Below are positions 54,516 through 64,000 of a stretch of DNA of 64,000 bases, one piece after another. Every line of letters begins with the position of its first letter. Within the stretch, counting starts at the first letter, position 1. This DNA is from Chrysomallon squamiferum. Taxonomy: Eukaryota; Animalia; Mollusca. The position numbers and the translations under genes are program-made. The stretch is taken from positions 27,528,001 to 27,592,000 of the forward strand of contig CM022672.1 in NCBI GenBank assembly GCA_012295275.1, written 5' to 3'. The notes below the pieces were generated by a model. The model saw nothing but the letters and a program-made list of their open reading frames with translations. It ran no database searches and was not told the origin of the DNA.

Positions 54516-57500
54516 TTACTCTTTTGGTGGTAATACAGGTGTAGGAAAAAACCTATTAGAACAGCAATGTTCTTTTAAGTAGCCCTCTCCCATCTCTTCG
54601 TAGTCTTTCTTTGTCACGCTGTAGGTCATCAGCTGAGGTGAAAGAGCAAACTTTCTAGCTCCGTGCCATGAGTCTAAACTTGGATTTTCTGGAAAATATA
54701 TAATAAATAAATGTATATTGACATATACGTGCTACTAAAAACTGCATACACACACACCTCTCAGTTACTTTCAAATGTCTTTTGGATTTGGTATTAATCA
54801 AATTATGACAATAAAACAAAAACATAGCTAATGAACAAAGGTATCTGTTAAAACAAAATCACTCTGCTTGAAGTACAATATTATACAAACATTTTAACAG
54901 AGAAAAGAAATCAGTGATTTACCATAGCAACTTATCAAGATTCTTTTTTACAATTTTCTAATTTAATGGGTTTTTTCCTCCTACATCTGGACATATTTTA
55001 CAAATGCTAAAATGGAAAAAATGTGAGGTAGATTCTCACTGATTAAACTCTGCTTTAATGTTAACATTTAAAATCTCTTACTAACTTTTAAAGTTCTAAA
55101 TGCCACAATTTTAAATGAAACTCAAAGAATAAAAAATATTATATTGATATCTGAATGAACTGCAAGGTGGGTAAACTCACTGGCCAAGGATACAGAGTAC
55201 TTAGACTGGAATGGTCTCATTTCACGGAGTTCTTTATCCATTCTTTCTTTAAAACGGGGAATCCAAGCATTGCCACCAGTAAGAAATACATTCTGTAAGA
55301 GATTTTCAAAACAATGGATATAAAAAATATTAAATTAATGAGTTTTGAATGAAAGACTGAGCAACATATTGATATTCTTTGGATTCCAAAACAGGATTAT
55401 GAAAAAATCCAGTCAGAGTTCTTGCCTGTTATATCTAATATAATTAAAATGTTTTCAACATGCTAAACATAATGTCACACCAGTATTAACTAATTAGAAA
55501 TGTATAAAAAAGTTTTTGAGTTTAAATGTGAGCTTTATTTGTAATTCTGAGTATTATCAGGTCTAAAGGAAATCAGCTGGTTAGAGGCAAATCTGCAGCA
55601 GATTCAGCTCTGTTATAAATACATACAATATAGGACTTTCTCCACAGTACTATAAACACCTAAAACAGAATTAGTGACATTCTCCATAGAATCATAAACA
55701 TCAATAAAATAAATAGTGATATATGTAACAGATTTAGGTGCATTAATGACATACTAAATAACATATATACAAGTTTTCAATACCCCAAAATAACATGCAT
55801 AAAACAGAAATGCTACAGCCTATTAGAAAATGTATCAGACATCTGAAAAATTCTGCCTTTTGTACCTCAACAAGACAGTTCTGTTTTTTTGGCTCATATT
55901 TTTTCAAAATGAAGTCAATCGTTTCTGCAATTCCTGCTTGCTCCATGCCTATCATTGAAGGCTGGAAAAGAAGCTCTGGTGCTCTGGTGGCAAAAAACCA
56001 AAAACAAGACAATAATGATAAAAAATTAAATAGTAATAATCTGTAAGAAAAACTACAAGATATTTTTCCAATGTCAGATATAAAAAGTAACAACTGTGAG
56101 TTTTGTATCTAATTAAATGAGTTCTGTTAGCAATATTTTATGTTCAAAATTATTATTCAAAATCAGATCTAGTCCTAGCGTAAGCTGATGTCTTTATTTT
56201 GATCTGAACAGAAACTGCATACTTAAAATATATGATTTTATTTCTTTCTGGGGATACATTATAGCTAACAACAAAGTACAATAAAATAACTAGCTTTGTT
56301 TTATCTCTTTTCATGTGATGTTGTTTCATAGAAATTTTTTAATAAAATATGGAAATGAAAGGTAAAGTGCTTGCCTGTATAAATCAAAATCAGATGTGTA
56401 ATTCATTACTTACCTGATTCTTTCAACAGCTAGGTAAAGCTGGTAGTATTCTGCAATGTTCAAGTCACCTCCAGGAATAGCACCAAAATCCAATTCCCTA
56501 CAAAATTTAAATTTAAAAACAAAAACGTAATAGTAATAATAATAATAATAATCACAGATGCAGAAGAAGAACATTTTAGGAAAAAAGTATTATAAGTATT
56601 TTATTATAACATGCAAATTTTACCCATTTATACACAAATAATGATTATATTAACTGATCACGTAACATCTACACTAGTAAAGAATATATAATAAATAACA
56701 GTTCATGAAACACAATAGTCTTTTCTGACTATTGTGTGACTATAGAACAAGTTAAACATCTCCATTATTTATCATGAAAACGGATCAAATGTTGCTCAAA
56801 TCACTCACCATCAACTACTGCCTGCAACAATGATTCCCTGATATTTTTATAAAATTTAAGATACTGGAGAAAAGTTCTAGCAATAATAACCTTTCACCAA
56901 TGTGCATGCACTGAAAGGATTTTTGTTACTCAGTACCATCCTTTACTACTGATAAAGTAGAATAATAAAATAGCAAGCATGTCAGGAAATATAGAGGTTA
57001 ACAGTTTCCATTGAAGCCTTTTTGATTAATCTGTGTCTTTACCTTTGAAATTCAGGATCATGTTCTCGAAGCATATTGTCAATTTCCTCAAGTCTCTCTT
57101 CTTCAGCTTCTGAATCACTGGTCCCCATTTCTGTATTCTGAATTTAATTGAAAGTAATGATGATGATGATAAAGAAAAAACATCACCTTAGAGAGTAATT
57201 TGAAACAACCAAATTTCTTACCATGACTTGTAAATAAATTCTATTTGAAATGTATCTTTAAATAAAATCTTTTTCTTCACACATTATGTAACACTATCAA
57301 CAACATTTTAATGTACAACAAACAGAAATTTCTTGATAAACATATTTTTTTGATGTTTTTTTGAGGAATAACAGATGAGCAAATCCTCTTTATTTATCTG
57401 CCAGTAACAAATATGAGACAAAGATTAAAGTCTGTCTGCTTAAAACTGTTGTTTATTTCTCACTTTCACTTAATTATAAAAAAAATTGTTTCATAAGTGA

Positions 57501-60026
57501 ACTATTAATTACATTTTACATTTCTGATTTCAAAAATATTGTTGGGTTTTTTCACTTACAATGGATTTATATACATCCCAGTCAGCATCATTCTTTCCAA
57601 ATGTATCTTCCTTCTTTGACTTTTTGGTATCTGAAAACGTCATTTATAAATTTAAGTAAAAATCAACTTCAGTTTTGTTTTAAAAATAACCTTTGCCTTT
57701 TTCTAAATAAACTGTTAAACCAGTGACTCTTTCCTGTTTTAAAATTATATTAATAATCATTAAACTATTATGAATGGATTTTTGATGAATCTGGAAATGT
57801 GCAAATATTATACTAAACCTTTAATGTTTTATTTGTTTGTTTTTTTACACAGAAAAATATTTCTAGAAAAACTATCAGAATCAAAAGGAAAGACAAACAT
57901 TTCAAGGCAAATACAGAAACCTTGTTATAGTGTTCTTCATAATATTTTGGTATACTTGACTGTTAGAGGCCCCAAGAATCTTCTGCAGATCTGATGGGAT
58001 TCACTGACCACATAGCAGTCGTGAATGTAAAATATTTAGCACTAATTTCAAACAAATCAAATTTTATTATTACTCTGAGCCAGCTGTGAGATAATTTTCA
58101 TTCTTTGTTGTGAAGCATACGTTCGTCTCTTTGCCATGTCTGCTTTCCTCTGTCGTCTTTTGTTCCTGGCATCCATTATTTGCTTTAAGCAGAAACATTT
58201 TTTTGAGAAATATACTACGAGAAAGAATGTGAATATATTTAAAATGTTTATATGTTTCCTATTTGTTCAATATAAGTGGCATTCCAAATGGAAATTAAGA
58301 TGGAAACCAAAAAAACTGCAATTAAATAATGTGTGGGAAACAAATATTTACCTCCCCTTTAAAATATAATATTTTCTGAAGAATTTAGATGTAATCATGT
58401 AAAGCTGTGTAAATTGTTAGATGCTAAATGTTATAAATAAACCTTTATCCAAAACATTCATGTAATAACATTTCTGTACTCTGTTCTTAAACTTGCATCT
58501 TCAGTGGTAATACTAAAGCTGCTCTTACAAAAATATTAATTATTTTCTTTACTGTTGATACTGAACAATTCTTCAATAATAAACCAATTTTATTTCAAAC
58601 ATGATTATTCTAATTAATTTTTGAAGCGATGATAATAAATATATTATTTATACAATGGGTAACCAGAATATATTTATACAAATACATTTGTAAATTCTAA
58701 ATGATGTATGTATACATAAAAAGAAATAGTTCTATCAAATTATCCAGCTGTTTCTTACCTGTCGTTTCTGTCTCACTTCATTCAACCATTCCTGAAAGTT
58801 ATTGAGTCTTTTCTCTTCTAACCTTTTCTCATCCTCAAGTTCCTTTGAAAATAAAGATTTCAAAAACTGGAACTATCTTTAAATTCAACTGTATTTAACA
58901 GTATACTGTATTTACAATTTGTATTACATCAATTTATTTATTTCTGTAATTAATTAATTTGATACACAGAACTTTTTATATATTTTATTTTTATTTATTT
59001 TTGTTCAACTGTTAAATTTGTTGATATCGGCACCAGGCTTAATAATTATCTCCACACATTTCAAAATCTGAAGGCAAAAATTAAACATATAGAACACAGC
59101 TAGTAAATTATTTACGATATGGCCACAGTATTATTATTTCAAATCCACTGTCATTTTGCATGTTAAAGAAAACACTGGTTGTGTGTCAAGCTTTTTATAC
59201 CTTTTGTCTTTTAGCTCTCTGGACAGCCTGAGCTCGGACTCTCCCATCTCTAGCACTTTTGAGAATCCGCTGACGTTTTTTTGTGGCTAGCTGTGCAGGA
59301 GTCAGCATTTCATCAGGAATATCCAGCAGATCAAAAATGGGTTCTTTTGTCTGCTAGAGAATTGAGTGGGAAAGACAAAACAATTAAATGTGTATTAATT
59401 GGTTATATACAGCAAAATGTTACAGCAGAGAAAATGAATCATATCAAGAAAAAATATAATCATCATCTAGTACAGTTATGGCCAGACTTTTCATAAAAGA
59501 GCAATGTATGGTACACTTCAGTAGTAAAATTTTACTTTTAATATTGTGGGTAACATTAAATATGAAATAGCTGCATGTGACTCACAAGCCATAGTTTGGT
59601 CACTCTGATCTAGACAAACAATAAGCTTAAAATATAATTTAATTTCTTTCTGTTAATTAGCTTATGGAAATTAGTGATGAAAGGTGGTATGGTAAAGTTA
59701 ACTATGTCCAAATATATACAAAAGGTCTTTTGAAAATTAAGTTATTTGTGATTAAAATCTCACCTCCACTTCTTCAGGTGGTGGTTCAATGCCAAGGATT
59801 TTTGCCTTGGCTCGCTGAATGCTCACAGTTAATTTGTTTATTGTAAGTTGAAGCTCCTGTGGTGTTTTCATGCCCACGTTATACATTGCTTTCTGGAACA
59901 GCCAAATATTATTATATTTAACAGTTCAGCATTAGATCTTTACTAACAACAGAGTAGACATATATAGAGAGAGTGAAAAACAGAGACAGACAGCAAGGGA
60001 GGGAGGGAGGGGGAGAGGGAGAGGGA

Positions 60027-60073
<47 letters not shown>

Positions 60074-63000
60074 TAATATCTAAAATAATTATCCGATAAT
60101 TCTACCAATAATAATTTGTAATATAACATATTAAATCCATGGACAAATGCAATTAAACCAGAATGTTATTTCAGTATCAGTAAACTCCACAAGAGTACAT
60201 TTCAGTTTCATCCTTAACCAGTGTTGGTAAGTGCACACACCTATTTAATGTTTCAGTTTTCTCTACCAATACTGAATTTAGAATTTTTATTTATTTTTAC
60301 TTTTTTTTTTTTTATTATTATCATTTTTGAGTGTGTGTGTGTGTGTGTGTGTGTGTTTGTTTTTATTAACAGTAAATAAATGCTACAAAAAACAAAAACA
60401 GATTTACAGCAAAAGAATCTTCATCGCCATCCACGAGTAGTTCCTGCACATTGACAAGCTGCTGCAGCTGTTTCTCTTCTTCTTGAACCTCAAATATAAC
60501 AAAACAATTACAAAATTTTATTTCTGAACATTATCAATTAACTGTCTGACACATATAGACATTTCAGTAGTGTGTTCCAAATGTATTTGTTCATCTATAG
60601 TTTGTTTTTTATCAGAAAGTAAATACTTGTCATTAATTAACAATATTATAATGTTTTACATAAGTTAAGCTACCAAAACAATGATGTGGAGAGCTTTTTT
60701 TAAAAAACAAATTATAGTAAATGACCGAGATAATTAATCTCTCTACATTTTTAGTTTTTGTACAAGACACAATTATAAGTAAGATCTTTTTCTAAAAGAT
60801 TAACTCTAAAACTGAACCTTTTGTTTTCATATGCATTTTGATTAAAGGCATTTCCCTGAAATTAATTTTTTTTTTATACTTAAACAGAAACTGAAAACAA
60901 ATGTATACATTTAGTAAGAATAAGAGAAGCAGATGGAAGAAGGAACAAATATTTTATTTAATAATATTATTAAAATGCATTTTTAAAATATAGTTACTTA
61001 ACAAATAAGTGTTGTTTTTATTTAATAGTAAGGAACATTTTATATGCATCTTCCTAGATTGTACACAAAAGATTTTCTAGAAAAACCCCAAAGCAAACAG
61101 CATATATATATATATATATATATATTTATAAATATATTGCAGAGCACTAAAGAGAAATGACCCTGCAACCAATTAAGTCTCAGGCTAATTGACCACAGAG
61201 GTAGATTCAGAGTGTGTTGTATAAATCTTACTTTCTGTAGTCTTCGTTTTGCATTTACTTCTTTCAGTCGACTAATTTGTTGTTGTCTTCTCTCTTTTTG
61301 TTGTTCTGCACTTAGCTGATTCCCTTGTAGCTGTAAATATTAAAATACATTAAATGTAATAGCACTTTCAGCCCTCACTCTAAACTGTATCTAAACTATA
61401 TTCCAAGAATAAAGATTTTAACCAGAAGTTTAATTTGGTCAATTCATGTGTTAAAACAGCACATTTTCAATCCATCTACCAAAAGCAAGCAGTTTAGTCT
61501 ATGTTTAATATTTCTTTTAAAAGAATCATTAATTAAAAAAATAGAAAACATTTTATTTAAAATGAATCTACATTATGAATAATTATCTAAATAAATGAAA
61601 CAAACTGTAAAGAACTAATTACAGCTTACACTAGCGTAAGGTAGTTGTATTTTATGAACGTTAGCTTCAAACACTTCTGGCTTAAGCCAGTCTTCCAGTT
61701 CAGCCAGGTAATCGGAAGCCATGTATGAATGCTCACGGATCATTTCCTGAAAAAAATACAAAAATACAAAAATAAAATATTAAAATTTTAATACCACTGA
61801 ACTGTTAATGGTCAGAAAAATATTTTGTGTCTGGATGTGATCAAATTTAAATATGATAACACAATCAAGCAACTTCACTAAATATCTAGAACTTAGAAGC
61901 CAGAAAAACTGAAAAATAACTTTTACATCAAATAAGGCCATGACTGAAGATATCTGGAGCATTAGGGAAACCACTGGAAAGGTAGTAACACAACAGACGA
62001 AATGTTCAGTTCTAAATCTTTTCTTAAACATGCTTCCTACTTTTAATAGCACAAATTGAAGTAAAATATGCAATCCATACCATAAAAGAATAAATAAATA
62101 AATAAATAAATAAATAAAAAATATCAATAAATATTTAAAAATAATAATAATCTTGTAAATACCTCAGCACGAGTTAGTGTTATCTGGGCAAAATGTCCTG
62201 GATATTTGAGCTGCAGTATTCGCTGCAAGAAAGAATCAAGATGGATGCCTCCTAGATTCAATCTTCGACAGTTTACTGAATCAATGCGTCCATTCAGAAA
62301 GGGAAGAACATGTGTTGCCTGATAACCACAGTCAACAATCAGAGCATCTGCTGTGGCTGAAAGACAGAAATAAATTAGCTGAGATTAAAATAACCATAAA
62401 AAAAATAAAATAAAATAAAATAAAATATATAAATAAGGGCAGAAATGAAGCGTATGATAAAGAGAAAAGACAGTTTTAATTAGAATCATTAAATGAAAAA
62501 TATATATATTCTGGCATATTAAAATTCTGTTTAGCTACTTTAATGATTCCAGCCATATCATACTAAAGAGATTATACTTAATAGTAAAATGTTATGATTG
62601 AACACAAATAAAAGTTTCTCATTAAATAACAATGTCGCATTGTCATATTTTTAGTTTTGTTTGCCTGGAGGGTAAGAAATATTTTTTCTTATTTTGGATT
62701 AAGAAAATAGACATGAAAAACAGGTGATATTTAACACATAATCTATAAATAATAAGTGATTAAATATTGTTCTTACATGCATTACTATTGTTGTGATAGA
62801 AACTGAACAGGGAATCCACTCCATATACAATCTGAGGTATGTGGTAACACTCAAACAGCAGCTCAGACATTTCTGAGAAACAAAAGATTATTTTTAATCC
62901 AACATTAAAAAAAACCCCTGAAAACATTGAGTTATTATTTTTTTTTATAATTTGTTGATTGCCTAAATATTGAAACTGAGATCAAACAAAGATGAACTGG

Positions 63001-63695
63001 GCTATACCCATTTATATGCAAAAAAACTACTGTAACTAAAATAATTTCTTTACTTGCTCATTTTTACTAAATACAATATCTCTGACATTAATTTAAAAAT
63101 ATACTGAATTTAATTAAGCAATATTACATTTACTTGAAAAAAATATTAATATCACTGAGTAAACACATACATACAGAGATGATCTATTATGCATACACAT
63201 ATACAAATAAATTTATGAAATGACAATGTTACTAAAGTTTGAAAGCACTCACGCTGGCGGCAGTAGTTTGGATTACAAACTGGTTCTGTGATAACCACAG
63301 GGTGGTCCACACGCCCTTCAGTATTTATTCCAAGATGGCTAAAAATGTAGTCAAATATCTGTTCCTGTACCAGTGAAAATAAAATGCAAATGAACCAAAG
63401 TGAAGTTAGTAACATTTCAAGAATTTATTTCAATAAAAATAATGATTTCAATGACCAGTGCACTGTCCAGCAAAATTTCATTTAGTCAGTGGTAGTAATG
63501 AATGTTAACAAATATGCTCTTCCTTACAAAGATAATTAGAATGGAAATATGTTGTGTCTGGTGCTAAAAATATTTCTGTCATTTACTTGCCTGTACATCA
63601 TAAAGTGTGACCACATTTCTGTCAAACTGTGTTCGAAGAACCCAGCGCACAACTTCAATATTTGAAATGTCATTACCAATCTGAAGGTCAGACTC
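54516..63695 (-). CDS. ACTR5: Actin-related protein 5 (Arp5, INO80 subunit), multi-exon, 5'-partial
   Basis: Phase-consistent exons read by hand: 63695-63591, 63364-63253, 62872-62777, 62356-62163, 61746-61630, 61330-61232, 60488-60408, 59892-59764, 59350-59201, 58842-58759, 58182-58074, 57630-57560, 57137-57043, 56497-56414, 55983-55866, 55292-55181, 54688-54516 (TAA). Peptides [110 protein letters not shown] are recognisable Arp5 motifs, including the long charged insert. Confidence 0.95.
59997..60070. repeat. (GGGA)n/(GA)n purine microsatellite in an ACTR5 intron
   Basis: Visible simple repeat. Confidence 0.9.
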
Positions 63696-64000
63696 CTGAA
63701 ATCAAAATTAACATTTCTTTTTTTTATCTTTCATTTACATTTACTTTTTTGTAATTAATCTATGTTCATAGTTCTTAGACAAAAATATTACTATTCTTAG
63801 GGTATTAATTTCACATTAAATTGATTGCAATATAATCAGTTACGTATTTTAAAATACATTGTGATAATATAAAATAATAAATTAAAGACAAGGAAAACAA
63901 GAATTAGTAGATGATAGAACAGTATTTTCAATCCTTTAACTAACAAATGCATGAACAAATTCAAAATTAATTTACAAAACATTTTCTTGCCTTTTTTTGT

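Overview
AT-rich, intron-rich eukaryotic (animal, probably invertebrate/mollusc-like) genomic DNA. The right end carries most of ACTR5 (Arp5, INO80 complex; minus strand, 17 coding exons visible, 5' end outside the window). Downstream on the minus strand is an unannotated modular transcription-factor-like gene. It has two constant coding exons (51398-50753, 50432-50080) whose phase-0 donor can join either of two paralogous zinc-finger terminal exons or the N-terminal part of a BEN domain (37165-36907, ending in a phase-1 donor). The missing C-terminal part of the BEN domain is supplied by at least 19 short, homologous, phase-1 terminal exons that align without gaps (Y/F2, W12, K23, K27, R32). 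Only 2 of these lie on the same (minus) strand as the constant exons; 17 lie on the opposite (plus) strand across 2.4-33.5 kb. This layout resembles Drosophila mod(mdg4)/lola and predicts trans-splicing-based swapping of the BEN DNA-recognition helix, unless a convergent paralog to the left of the window or an assembly inversion explains it. Also present: a 41-bp minisatellite, a TA-flanked MITE, and several small tandem or dispersed duplications. All translations were done by hand; no database search was run.
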